A DNA stretch of 64,000 nucleotides, taken from positions 1,890-65,889 of the forward strand of contig DATNOG010000113.1 in assembly GCA_035601415.1 (NCBI GenBank). Reading direction: 5' to 3'. Shown in pieces: positions 1 through 9,009 of this stretch. Position 1 is the first letter of the stretch. Each line of letters begins with the position of its first letter. The position numbers and the translations under genes are program-made. Below the pieces are notes generated by a model. The model saw nothing but the letters and a program-made list of their open reading frames with translations, did not search any database and was not told the origin of the DNA. Source of the stretch: Pyrinomonadaceae bacterium (GTDB lineage Bacteria; Acidobacteriota; Blastocatellia; Pyrinomonadales; Pyrinomonadaceae).

Positions 1-1616
1 AATGGATCGACGCCGTTCATTTTCGTTTTCGACATGCGCTGCCCGTGGGCGTCGAGGATTGTGCCGGTAACAAAGACGTCCGCAAACGGCACAGCGTCCA
101 TAAACTTCAAACCCATCATTACCATGCGTGAAACCCAAAGAAAAATGATGTCGCGCGCCGTCACCAGTACCGAGGTCGGATAAAACGTCGCCAGATCTTT
201 TGTCTCTTCCGGCCAGCCTAATGTCGAAAACGGCCAAAGCTGCGAGGAAAACCACGTGTCGAGCACATCCGGATCCTGGGTCAGTTCCTCCGTGCCCGCT
301 TTCTGACGCGCTTCTTCTTCCGAACGGGCGACTACGACCGTGCCGTCGGCCGTGTACCACGCCGGAATTTGATGACCCCACCACAACTGGCGCGAGATGG
401 TCCAGTCGCGCAGGTTTTCAAGCCAGTTGGAATAAACTTTTTCGTAAGGAACTTCCGGCACGAATTGTGGCGACTTGTCCTGCTGCAACGATTCCAGTGC
501 GTGGTCGCGCAGCTTGTCCATAGCCATAAACCACTGCGTCGAGATTAATGGCTCAATGACAGTCTTGCATCGTTCGCATTTCGAGATCGCGAATTCATAG
601 TCAACCACTTTCTCGAGCAAGCCGAGCTCTTCAAACTTCTCTACAACTGCGGCGCGCGCTTTGTAACGATCTAGACCGATAAAACCCTCGCCGGCGGCAT
701 CTGTCATCATCGCCTGGCTATCAATCACCACGACCTGTGGCAATGAATGCCGCTGACCCATCTCATAGTCGTTGGCGTCATGCGCGGGTGTCACCTTCAC
801 TGCTCCGGTGCCAAACTCAGGCTCGACAAACTCATCCGCGATGACCGGAATTTCGCGCGTGGTGAGTGGCAACAAGAGAGTCTCGCCAACCAACGCCCGA
901 TAGCGTTCATCGTTTGGATTGACGGCCACCGCCGTGTCGCCGAGCATCGTCTCCGGTCGTGTAGTCGCTACTGTCACGTGCCCCTTGCCACTCTTCAGCG
1001 GGTAACGCAGGTAATAGAGCTTGCCGTTTTGGGAGACTTTTTCCACTTCCAGGTCTGACAGCACTGTCTGATCATTCGGACACCAGTTAACGATGCGATT
1101 CCCGCGATAGATCATTCCGTCGTCATAGAGACGAACGAAAACTTCGCGCACGGCCCGGTTTAGGTCCGCGTCCATAGTAAACCTTTCGCGCGACCAATCG
1201 ACTGACGCGCCCTCGCGTCGCATCTGTTTGGTGATTTGTCCACCCGATTCCTGTTTCCACTGCCACACACGCTCGACAAACTTCTCGCGGCCTATGTCCT
1301 GCCGTGACAATCCCTCTTTTTTCAATTCGCGCGTGACCACCATCTGAGTGGAGATGCCGGCATGGTCCATCCCCGGCAGCCATAACGTGCGATAGCCGCA
1401 CATGCGTTTGTACCGCGTGAGAACATCCATCATCGTGTGCTGCAACGCGTGGCCCATGTGCAGCGAGCCGGTCACGTTTGGCGGCGGAATCACGATTGAA
1501 AAGACGGGCGCGCGCGGGTCGCGGTTAATCTCAGGCGCAAAAAACCCTTCGCGCTCCCAACGCTCGTAGTGATTTTGTTCAGCCTGTTTGGGATCGTAAG
1601 TTTTCGGAATTTCCAT
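1..1616 (-). CDS. valS: valyl-tRNA synthetase, N-terminal ~538 codons; 3' end lies beyond the window edge
   Basis: Absent from the ORF track because it is open at base 1. Own translation from ATG 1616: [46 protein letters not shown] (HIGH-class motif). Last codons [19 protein letters not shown] (KMSKS-class motif) are in frame with 1616. Confidence 0.9.
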   Translation of the reverse strand, partial: MEIPKTYDPKQAEQNHYERWEREGFFAPEINRDPRAPVFSIVIPPPNVTGSLHMGHALQHTMMDVLTRYKRMCGYRTLWLPGMDHAGISTQMVVTRELKKEGLSRQDIGREKFVERVWQWKQESGGQITKQMRREGASVDWSRERFTMDADLNRAVREVFVRLYDDGMIYRGNRIVNWCPNDQTVLSDLEVEKVSQNGKLYYLRYPLKSGKGHVTVATTRPETMLGDTAVAVNPNDERYRALVGETLLLPLTTREIPVIADEFVEPEFGTGAVKVTPAHDANDYEMGQRHSLPQVVVIDSQAMMTDAAGEGFIGLDRYKARAAVVEKFEELGLLEKVVDYEFAISKCERCKTVIEPLISTQWFMAMDKLRDHALESLQQDKSPQFVPEVPYEKVYSNWLENLRDWTISRQLWWGHQIPAWYTADGTVVVARSEEEARQKAGTEELTQDPDVLDTWFSSQLWPFSTLGWPEETKDLATFYPTSVLVTARDIIFLWVSRMVMMGLKFMDAVPFADVFVTGTILDAHGQRMSKTKMNGVDP

Positions 1617-1620
1617 TGAT

Positions 1621-1656
1621 TAGTTAGTCTGTAGTCAGTTGCATGTAGTTAGTTGC
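1621..1656. repeat. heptad-tandem array, single arm (GTYAGTN family)
   Basis: tagttagtctgtagtcagttgcatgtagttagttgc lies 5 nt upstream of the valS ATG. Same 7-mer family as 12557 and 32855. Only a weak partner arm near 1725-1745. Confidence 0.5.
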
Positions 1657-1770
1657 AAAAGACGCATTGTAATCCACAGTGCAGACTTTTTCATGTGGCG
1701 CGTACGCTAATACCCGTTCATTTGACTACCTACTCTATAGCAAGATCGTATATCCCTTAATTGGAGCGAC

Positions 1771-1887
1771 ATGAAGTCAGTACTACCTCGCGGTAGCGGG
1801 TGGTTTTGTTCTCTATAGACTGGCAATTCACGGGCTGAAGCTGGCAATCGATCACCCACCGCTACCGCGAGGTGGTACTGACTTCAT
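1771..1887. repeat. MITE-like element: ~33-nt terminal inverted repeats around a 50-bp centre
   Basis: atgaagtcagtactacctcgcggtagcgggtgg (1771-1803) has a near-exact reverse complement at 1854-1887 (one mismatch and one indel by eye). The GCGGTAGCG core is shared with 61097-61218. Confidence 0.6.
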
Positions 1888-1913
1888 ACCCCCACGGGCA
1901 TTCGATAGATAAC

Positions 1914-1952
1914 CAAAGAAAAAGCAGGCGGCCTTTTCGGGCAGCGCCTGCT
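1914..1952 (-). terminator. rho-independent terminator after the 1976-3094 gene
   Basis: Minus strand reads AGCAGGCG-(14-nt loop)-CGCCTGCT followed by TTTTTCTTT, about 25 nt after the stop codon. Confidence 0.7.
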
Positions 1953-1975
1953 TCATTAATTAGCGAGGGACGCGG

Positions 1976-3094
1976 TTAAGAATTCTTCTCTTCAAGTTGC
2001 CGCTTGATCATCAGCTCCGCAAGCTGCGGCACAACTTCCCAGGCGATTTCCTGCACAACTTTTTCGGAAAGCTGTTCAACGGCACGCCGCGCGATTGCGT
2101 CAATCAGTTGCGGCGACAATTCGCCGGATGCATTAACTGATCGAGTACTGGTTTCGCTAGCTGCCGCTTGCGTGTTCTCCACCTTGAGCGCTTGCTCGGG
2201 TTCAACAGCCGCCGCCTGCTCGACCGGCGCTTCCATAATGCGCGGAAACTCCTGCGTGCGCGCCATCTGGTCCAGCGTAGGAGTTGAACGCATCGAGCCT
2301 ACGCTACCGCTATCGCGCTTGCGACGCATGAATGACGGCGCTGAATACGCGGCCACAGCGGGCGAAGGCTCAGCGGGTTCGTCGAGGTCTAAATCCAAAA
2401 CAAAGTCGTCTGCGATACTGGCCCCGGCAATTTTCACGTCACTGAGATCAAGCAATACGTCAGCCGCACTGTCGTCAGTTTGTGAAGCCCCGTGCAACTC
2501 GGGACGTTTGCTTTCTATTGTTGGATCAATATCAAGCGGTTTCGCCTTTTGCGCTTCCTGCTTTGCCGCGTAGTAGGCAACGACTTCAGCCTGCTCATCC
2601 GGAAGCGGGAGCGTATCGGCAGTCGTGATTTGCAGTTCTTCTTCCGTCAGTTTTTCCGGTTCAGGCGGCTCGCGGTGGTGCGGCAGTTCCGCTGTCGGAA
2701 TCCGTTCCTCTGCCGCGCGGCCGGAAACGAGCACGCCAACTTTATCGATAAGCTTGCGGATTGATTGAAAAGGCTTCGTCAAGGTATCGTCCGCGCCCAC
2801 CCGGCGCGCCTCCGCTTCGTCGAACGGCTCAAACGAGCCTACCAAAAGGATAACAGGAATATGCTTCAGCCGGTCATTTTGTTTTATGTGCTCGCAAACT
2901 TCGTAACCGCCCATCTGCGGCATGAAGACATCGGCGAGCACAATATCCGGCGCAAACTCGTTTAACTTTTCAATCGCCTCGCGGCCATTGTTGACAGTTA
3001 ATACGGTGACGCCCTCGTCGGCAAAGGTGAGGTCCACAACCTTTTGAATCGTGATTGAATCGTCGGCAAGTAGAAGTTTTTTGCCAGCTAACAA
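1976..3094 (-). CDS. response regulator: N-terminal receiver, long Pro/Glu/Asp-rich linker, conserved helical C-terminus (RomR-like architecture)
   Basis: 372 aa with TTG start. Receiver motifs: KKLLLADDSITIQK..DIVLADVFMPQMGGYEV..TKPF. About 200 aa of low-complexity acidic/Pro-rich sequence, then ELSPQLIDAIARRAVEQLSEKVVQEIAWEVVPQLAELMIKRQLEE. Confidence 0.8.
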   Translation of the reverse strand: MLAGKKLLLADDSITIQKVVDLTFADEGVTVLTVNNGREAIEKLNEFAPDIVLADVFMPQMGGYEVCEHIKQNDRLKHIPVILLVGSFEPFDEAEARRVGADDTLTKPFQSIRKLIDKVGVLVSGRAAEERIPTAELPHHREPPEPEKLTEEELQITTADTLPLPDEQAEVVAYYAAKQEAQKAKPLDIDPTIESKRPELHGASQTDDSAADVLLDLSDVKIAGASIADDFVLDLDLDEPAEPSPAVAAYSAPSFMRRKRDSGSVGSMRSTPTLDQMARTQEFPRIMEAPVEQAAAVEPEQALKVENTQAAASETSTRSVNASGELSPQLIDAIARRAVEQLSEKVVQEIAWEVVPQLAELMIKRQLEEKNS

Positions 3095-3256
3095 AGCTTG
3101 GTAACCTTAGCTGAATTGCGCCACTGGCGGGCTCAAGATTTGAATACAGTTGGCGTCTTGCTGTTTTCGATCTGGCGGCTTAAAAATAGCTGAGCCGCAT
3201 TTCGAAACTAACACCCGCGCCAATTGCCAGTCAAGAACTTTAGGCTGTTGAATTTG

Positions 3257-4180
3257 CTATCGGGCAATGGAACCGGTCAACTGGATATCATCGCCGGTCT
3301 GGTCTTTACCGTCGGGTCCCAATGAATGAAGCGCGAAGCGATCGCGCTGGCCGTCGTATTTGTAAGGGTGATTCCAGGGATCGACGCGAATGATTTTGGA
3401 AAGATACCGCGGATTTAGGTGATCGATTAGGACCGCCTGGCTATCGGAAACTACATAGAAGCCTCGTTCCCGGCGATAACGCTCGAGCGCCTGGGCCATC
3501 GTTTCCATCTCGCTGCGCGCTTGCGATCGCTTCTTTTCGTTCAGCGCGTCCATTAGTGGTTGCAGCTTTACCCACTCGCGATTTCCAGTGCGCAACTCAG
3601 ACACGTGCCAACCCTTGCCCTCATTCACTAAACGCGCGGTCACTCTAATCCAGGCAACCACCACCGCGGATGCCCGCGAAGCAAGCGGCACAGGCATTGG
3701 ATCGACTTCCTGGATGCGCACTGCGTCCGACGGCACATCGATGCCGGTCAAAACTCCAACCAGGCAGCGCGCGCGTTTTGCGCTCGGGTTGAGCGCAGCA
3801 GAGCCCTTGAGCGGAGGATCCGGCGCATTGCATTCGTCCGTCGCGAGATCTGCCCGGGCCGCATCAGCAATGACGTCGATTGCCTCCCAGCGATCCTGCG
3901 CGGTCTGTATTTCGGCGATGCGCCAACGACCACGCTCATCCTGCTCAAACTTGAAAACATTGCGAATGTCGGCCGTGACTTCCGCGGGCGGGCCGGGGGT
4001 AATTGCCTTCACGCGCACCGCGCCGTTGGTCAACTCGAATCCAGGCATGCGAGTGATGGCTTTGCGCGCCTGTTTGGAACTCAACTCAGCGCGCGCGTCA
4101 GCTGCTGCGAGCGTTACAACGCAGCACGCGAGCAGCGGAAGCAAACTGAATGTCCGACTTTTCGATAAGCGAATTGTCAT
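3257..4180 (-). CDS. secreted protein with a C-terminal type II secretion GspG-like (pseudopilin C-terminal) domain
   Basis: 307 aa. Signal-like N-terminus SLLPLLACCVVTLAAADA. C-terminus MAQALERYRRERGFY..RVDPWNHPYKYDGQRDRFALHSLGPDGKDQTGDDI matches the T2SS-G pattern. No prepilin N-terminal motif. Confidence 0.7.
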   Translation of the reverse strand: MTIRLSKSRTFSLLPLLACCVVTLAAADARAELSSKQARKAITRMPGFELTNGAVRVKAITPGPPAEVTADIRNVFKFEQDERGRWRIAEIQTAQDRWEAIDVIADAARADLATDECNAPDPPLKGSAALNPSAKRARCLVGVLTGIDVPSDAVRIQEVDPMPVPLASRASAVVVAWIRVTARLVNEGKGWHVSELRTGNREWVKLQPLMDALNEKKRSQARSEMETMAQALERYRRERGFYVVSDSQAVLIDHLNPRYLSKIIRVDPWNHPYKYDGQRDRFALHSLGPDGKDQTGDDIQLTGSIAR

Positions 4181-4189
4181 TTGAAAGGT

Positions 4190-4609
4190 TTAGCTTTCGG
4201 CTTTGCTGATCAGCATCTGCAGCATGATGTGCAATTGCGCAGTTGTAAAAGGCTTGGGCAAAAAGACCACTGCTCCCGCAGCGAAACTATCAGACGACAA
4301 CTTGGGATCCTGTTCCGCAGTCATCATCATCACCGGAATGCGCATCAGACGCTTCTCAGTTTTCATGAAACGAACCAGCTCGGGTCCGGAAATGTGAGGC
4401 ATGACAACGTCGAGGATTGCCGCCGTAAAATCCTGATCGGTTTGCAGTATCTTATAGGCCTCGCGCCCGTCGCGTGCGCTAACGACGCCGAAATTTTCCT
4501 TCTCCAGAATCGCCGTCACCAGACGCAGGATCGCCGGATCGTCATCAGCCACGAGGATGCGTCGTCGGTTTTCACTCATGCTTGAGTTGTTTGAGTCTTT
4601 GTTTGTCAT
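4190..4609 (-). CDS. single-domain CheY-like response regulator
   Basis: 139 aa: RILVADDDPAILRLV..AAILDVVMPHISGPEL..LPKPF. Confidence 0.85.
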   Translation of the reverse strand: MTNKDSNNSSMSENRRRILVADDDPAILRLVTAILEKENFGVVSARDGREAYKILQTDQDFTAAILDVVMPHISGPELVRFMKTEKRLMRIPVMMMTAEQDPKLSSDSFAAGAVVFLPKPFTTAQLHIMLQMLISKAES

Positions 4610-4616
4610 TTCTTAT

Positions 4617-5681
4617 TTAAACTTCCACCGCGCGGCTGCTTTCTCCAGCTTGCAGGGAAAGTTCCGCCGCCAGCTTGATCGCCGCAACCATGCTTGAGTG
4701 TTCTGCAATTCCCTTGCCCGCAATGTCGAATGCCGTACCGTGATCGACTGAGGTGCGAATGAACGGCAACCCCAGAGTAACATTCACCGCCTCGCCAAAG
4801 GAAAGACATTTTACCGGGATCATCGCCTGGTCGTGATAACAAGCTATTACCGCATCAAACTCACCACGCGAAGCCCGCAAAAATACTGTGTCCGCCGAGA
4901 ACGGCCCGGCAACATTCATCTCGTCAACACCGTGACACTCTTCGATAGCCGGCATAATTTCTGAAGCCTCTTCGACGCCGAATAATCCGCCTTCCGCGCC
5001 ATGAGGGTTGAGCGCAGCAACAGCCAGCCGCGGCCGTTCGATACCCCAACGTCTCAGCTCGCGATGAGCCAGGCGAATAGTGCGCACCATGCGATCGCGC
5101 TGCACGAGTCTGATCGCTTCTGAAAGGGGCACGTGTGTCGAGATCAAAACCACGCGCAGATTTTCGGCCACAAAAGCCATCGCGTATTCCTCGCTGCCGG
5201 TCAGGTGCGCGAGAAATTCCGTGTGACCGGGGAAACTGTAACCAGCGAGAAAAAGCGCGCGCTTGTTTATCGGCGCTGTGGCTATCGCATCGACGCTGCC
5301 GGCGGCGCAGAGCTCAACGGCGGATTCTATATAACCTGCTGCCGCGCGGCCCGCGGCGCCGGATTCAATGCCGGGCTCAATAAAACCACTGATGTTGTCG
5401 AGATGATAGATTATCGGCTCGGACAGTCGTTCAGGAATTGGTTCACCTTTACGGATGATGTCATAGCCTGAGCGTAGGTCGAGTGTTCGCGCTGTGTGCG
5501 CCAGCAATTGCGCATCGCCGATAATTACGGGGACGCAGCAGCGCATAATCTCTTCCTCTGCAACTGCCTTCAAAACGACTTCCGGACCAATTCCCGACGG
5601 GTCACCCATGGTTATGGCGACGCGCGGCAATGACCCGGATGACCTAGGTTTCGGCGCTGGATTATTGGCGAACTGCCTCAT
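4617..5681 (-). CDS. pdxA: 4-hydroxythreonine-4-phosphate dehydrogenase
   Basis: ITMGDPSGIGPEV, GHTEFLA and VDHGTAFDIAGKGIA motifs. Start set at ATG 5681 (ORF track gives TTG at 5702). Confidence 0.9.
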   Translation of the reverse strand: MRQFANNPAPKPRSSGSLPRVAITMGDPSGIGPEVVLKAVAEEEIMRCCVPVIIGDAQLLAHTARTLDLRSGYDIIRKGEPIPERLSEPIIYHLDNISGFIEPGIESGAAGRAAAGYIESAVELCAAGSVDAIATAPINKRALFLAGYSFPGHTEFLAHLTGSEEYAMAFVAENLRVVLISTHVPLSEAIRLVQRDRMVRTIRLAHRELRRWGIERPRLAVAALNPHGAEGGLFGVEEASEIMPAIEECHGVDEMNVAGPFSADTVFLRASRGEFDAVIACYHDQAMIPVKCLSFGEAVNVTLGLPFIRTSVDHGTAFDIAGKGIAEHSSMVAAIKLAAELSLQAGESSRAVEV

Positions 5682-5737
5682 TGGTTTGAGACTGAAGCAC
5701 AATAAGGATGGGGCGGGCTGCCCAGGTGGGCCAATCT

Positions 5738-6148
5738 CTAACTGGCGACTTGTTCGACGCGCTCGTCCGCTTTGAACATATATTTGATGTTGCGCTTGAG
5801 CAATAAGAGGTTTGGCGCGTCTTTACGATTGACCTTTAAGGCGCCGCGATCGTACCACTCAATGGTGCCTTCAATCTCTTCACCGTCGAGCAACACGATA
5901 ACCATAGGCGTGTGCGCATCGATCTGCTTCTTGTAGTAGAAGAGTTCGGCATTAGTTTCCATCGGCGGTGGAATTCGTTTCCTTACAGCCACCGGCGCGC
6001 TGTGTTGAACCGGGCGATGCGACTCGCGGCTGCTTTCTCCGCCGCCTGAGCTCCGCTGAGAACCATTCGAACGCTCTCTGGGCTGAGGCATCTCGCGCGC
6101 TTTTCCTTTAACCTCGGCGAGCGTGGTTCTAATAAGTTTGCGATTCAC
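5738..6148 (-). CDS. Hfq/Sm-like RNA-binding protein with a ~70-aa basic Ser/Gly-rich N-terminal extension
   Basis: 136 aa. The C-terminal half PMVIVLLDGEEIEGTIEWYDRGALKV..LLLLKRNIKYMF aligns by eye to the Hfq Sm1/Sm2 pattern ([27 protein letters not shown]). Confidence 0.55.
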   Translation of the reverse strand: MNRKLIRTTLAEVKGKAREMPQPRERSNGSQRSSGGGESSRESHRPVQHSAPVAVRKRIPPPMETNAELFYYKKQIDAHTPMVIVLLDGEEIEGTIEWYDRGALKVNRKDAPNLLLLKRNIKYMFKADERVEQVAS

Positions 6149-6374
6149 TTGTTCCTACCTCCAAAGATTAAGACGGGTTAATAATTTGATCGCGCGACAC
6201 ATTTGGGCGGGCAACAGCGACGCTGATCCACACTTACTCTCGCAGGCTGCGCCCATTCTAAGGAGAGGGACTTAACTTTTTACCCGTAATGGAAAACCTG
6301 CAAGGGAATGACGCGTATGCTACACAAGCCGCACGTAAAAAGCAAAGCGCAAAACCACCGGCTTCTCTGCGAAG

Positions 6375-6405
6375 TAAAAAGGAAGGCTGGAAGAATCCGC
6401 CTTCC
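6375..6405 (-). terminator. rho-independent terminator after ftsZ
   Basis: Minus strand reads GGAAGGC-(11 nt)-GCCTTCC then TTTTTAC, about 24 nt after the ftsZ stop. Confidence 0.6.
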
Positions 6406-6429
6406 TAAGCGTATTGCCGGATAAACTTG

Positions 6430-7581
6430 TTAATCCGCTTTCTTGCGAATAAAGGTTGGCACGTCGAGGTCGTCAGAATGCCCTTGCATCATTGGCCGCG
6501 GCAGGTCGTCTGCAGGTCGTTGCACAAAGCGCGGCGCGGTACCCGGCATCGCTGTCACGCCCGCCGCCGAGGCCACTGCCCCAGCTTCCTGACCAAAACC
6601 GGTCGCAATCACCGTAATCTTCATTTCATCGCGCAGGTTCTCGTCGATGACAGCGCCAAAAATAATGTTGGCATCTTCATCAGCCGACTCGCGAATAATC
6701 GTGGAGGCGACGTTGACTTCATAAAGCGTCAAGTCAGGTCCACCGGTAATATTAATGAGTACGCCTTTCGCGCCCTGGATAGTGGCTTCCTCAAGCAGCG
6801 GCGAAGAGATTGCCTGTTGTGTCGCCTCGATGGCCCTGTTCTCACCGCGCGCGCGACCGGCACCCATCAGCGCCATCCCCATTCCCTGCATGATCGATTT
6901 GACGTCCGCGAAATCGAGATTGATCAAACCGGGCACGGTAATCAGATCGCTGATACCTTGCACAGCCTGACGCAGCACATCATCAGCCACACCAAACGAG
7001 TCGTGCAACGAAGAGTCTCTTTCGACTGTGTGCAGCAATCGTTCATTGGGAATAGTAATAACCGTGTCCACGCATTCACGCAGCTCACGCAGGCCATGTT
7101 CGGCCTGCTGCATGCGGCGACGGCCTTCAAAGTGAAATGGTTTGGTTACTACAGCAACGGTCAGGGCATCAAGCTCAGTCGCAAGTGAAGCAATAATCGG
7201 CGCGCCGCCAGTGCCCGTGCCGCCACCCAGCCCGGTCGTCACAAAAACCATGTCGGCGCCTTCGAGCACTTCAATGATCTTGTCCGTGTCTTCGAGAGCT
7301 GCTTCCCGGCCTACATGGGGATTCGCGCCCGCGCCGAGCCCCTTGGTCAGCCGGCTGCCAAGCTGGATCTTAATTGGGGCTTTTGATCGTTTCAACGCCT
7401 GAAGATCAGTATTGGCAACGAGAAACTCGATTCCCTCGATGCCCGCTTCGATCATGCGGTTGACGGCATTACCGCCGCCGCCGCCGATACCAATCACTTT
7501 TATGCGCGCACCAGTGATCGGCGGATCGTCATCAATGAAAATATTAATGCCTCTGTCGAGTTTACGAGCATCCGTTGGCAT
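6430..7581 (-). CDS. ftsZ: cell division GTPase FtsZ
   Basis: [17 protein letters not shown] and [12 protein letters not shown] tubulin signature. Start trimmed to ATG 7581 (MPTDARKL), preceded by GGAAGAGAGGA. The ORF-track extension overlaps ftsA. Confidence 0.95.
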   Translation of the reverse strand: MPTDARKLDRGINIFIDDDPPITGARIKVIGIGGGGGNAVNRMIEAGIEGIEFLVANTDLQALKRSKAPIKIQLGSRLTKGLGAGANPHVGREAALEDTDKIIEVLEGADMVFVTTGLGGGTGTGGAPIIASLATELDALTVAVVTKPFHFEGRRRMQQAEHGLRELRECVDTVITIPNERLLHTVERDSSLHDSFGVADDVLRQAVQGISDLITVPGLINLDFADVKSIMQGMGMALMGAGRARGENRAIEATQQAISSPLLEEATIQGAKGVLINITGGPDLTLYEVNVASTIIRESADEDANIIFGAVIDENLRDEMKITVIATGFGQEAGAVASAAGVTAMPGTAPRFVQRPADDLPRPMMQGHSDDLDVPTFIRKKAD

Positions 7582-7714
7582 AGTTATGTCCTCTCTTCCG
7601 AAGCGGGAAGGCTTCCATGGTCTTTTTCTGCTATGTTGGGTTGCTCGTGGCATCGGCCTCGATATATAGCGGACTATATCTTGTACGACCGGGGCGAAAG
7701 CATACAACAACTTG

Positions 7715-8977
7715 TCAAATAATACTACTGAAACGATTACGAAATTTCGAGACAAAGTGCGTGAGCTTGCCCGTCGAGCCACGCCGGCTTACGGCGCTCC
7801 GCCCCTCGCTTACCTGTGTACGACTTGCTACCAGCGCCAAACCGGTGGCCGCGGCCCACGCCGGACTTTGAACATCCTCAACCAAGCCACCAAATCGATC
7901 TCGCTCGGGGAAACCGACGCGAACGGGCGCATCGAAAACTTGTTCGGCGATCTCCGGCATGCCGCTCAAGAGTGCGCCGCCGCCCGTTAGCACCACGCCG
8001 CTCGATAGTTGTCTTTCCCAACCGGCGTCTTTGATCTCATCGGCGACATGCATCAAGACTTCTTCGGCGCGCGGCTGCAAGATGTCACACAGGATCTGTC
8101 GCGAAAGCTGCCGCGGCGCTCGCCCGCCGACCGAAGGAACATCAACCAACTCACCACGCTGCATCTCGGATAGCGAAGTGCTACAGGCACAGCCAACCGT
8201 GCGTTTGATCTTTTCGGCATCGGGAATCGGCGTGCGCAGGCCAAAAGCGATGTCATTAGTGAAATGCGAACCGCCAAGTGGAAATACTGCGGTGTGCTGC
8301 ACCGCCCCACGCTGGTAGATAATCAAACCAGTCGTTTCCGCGCCGATATCGACCAGGGCTGCGCCAAACTCTTTATCGTCTTCGGTCAACGACGCTTCGG
8401 CTGCAGCCAGTTGTTCCAGCACCATGTCTGCAACCATCAAACCGGCGCGGTTAACGGCATTGATAGCGTTCTGCCGGGCCGTCACGGGACTGGTGACGAT
8501 GTGGACTTTGACAGCGAGGCGCGCGCCGATCATCCCCACCGGATCGTTAATGCCATCCTGATCGTCAACGATGAACTCCTGCGGCAGGCGGTCTACAATT
8601 TCGCGCCCGGCGGGTAGTTGAATCGCGCAGGCAGAATCGATCGCCCGGCGCACATCTTCGGGTGTGATTTCGCGATCGCGCCCTGACACTGCCACGATCG
8701 CCTGGCCGTTGAAGCCGAGAATGTGCGAACCGGCCAGGTTGATGGTTACTTCTTCCGCTTGTATTCCGCTCATGCGCTCCGCTTCATCAACCGCTCGCTT
8801 AATCGCGTCGACCGCCGCTTCCGGATTCACAATCACGCCTTTACGCAGTCCCCGCGCTTCCGCTTCGCCAATACCAACTATCTCGAGCAGTCCGCTCTCG
8901 CCAGGTTCGCAAGCAATACACGTCACCCGGCTCGTGCCAATGTCGAGGCCGATAGTGTGTTGTGTTCGCTTGGCCAT
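7715..8977 (-). CDS. ftsA: cell division protein FtsA (actin-like ATPase)
   Basis: 420 aa: [14 protein letters not shown].., [13 protein letters not shown]. Lies between ftsQ and ftsZ. Confidence 0.92.
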   Translation of the reverse strand: MAKRTQHTIGLDIGTSRVTCIACEPGESGLLEIVGIGEAEARGLRKGVIVNPEAAVDAIKRAVDEAERMSGIQAEEVTINLAGSHILGFNGQAIVAVSGRDREITPEDVRRAIDSACAIQLPAGREIVDRLPQEFIVDDQDGINDPVGMIGARLAVKVHIVTSPVTARQNAINAVNRAGLMVADMVLEQLAAAEASLTEDDKEFGAALVDIGAETTGLIIYQRGAVQHTAVFPLGGSHFTNDIAFGLRTPIPDAEKIKRTVGCACSTSLSEMQRGELVDVPSVGGRAPRQLSRQILCDILQPRAEEVLMHVADEIKDAGWERQLSSGVVLTGGGALLSGMPEIAEQVFDAPVRVGFPERDRFGGLVEDVQSPAWAAATGLALVASRTQVSEGRSAVSRRGSTGKLTHFVSKFRNRFSSII

Positions 8978-9009
8978 TCAGCAGTGCTCCTTCACGACAA
9001 ACTTCGCGA

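Noticed and set aside
6427-7188. 253-aa ORF antisense to ftsZ. Similar long shadows occur at 10227-10979 (murB), 16854-17558 (mraY, alternative frame), 35405-35959 (rex) and 41970-42527 (TPR gene).
   Set aside because: All lie wholly within confidently identified genes, have Arg/Ser/Cys-rich compositions typical of off-frame GC-rich sequence, and carry no motifs.
7582-7782. ORF-track N-terminal extensions of ftsZ. Similar extensions occur for murG (to 13751), aldolase (to 34993), BMC-P2 (to 33329), the Cys protein (to 32618), ruvA (from 35913), ruvB (from 36664), queA (from 38610) and uvrD (from 48836).
   Set aside because: The extensions overlap upstream genes or read through repeat elements. 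Conserved N-termini begin at internal ATGs, several with good RBS.
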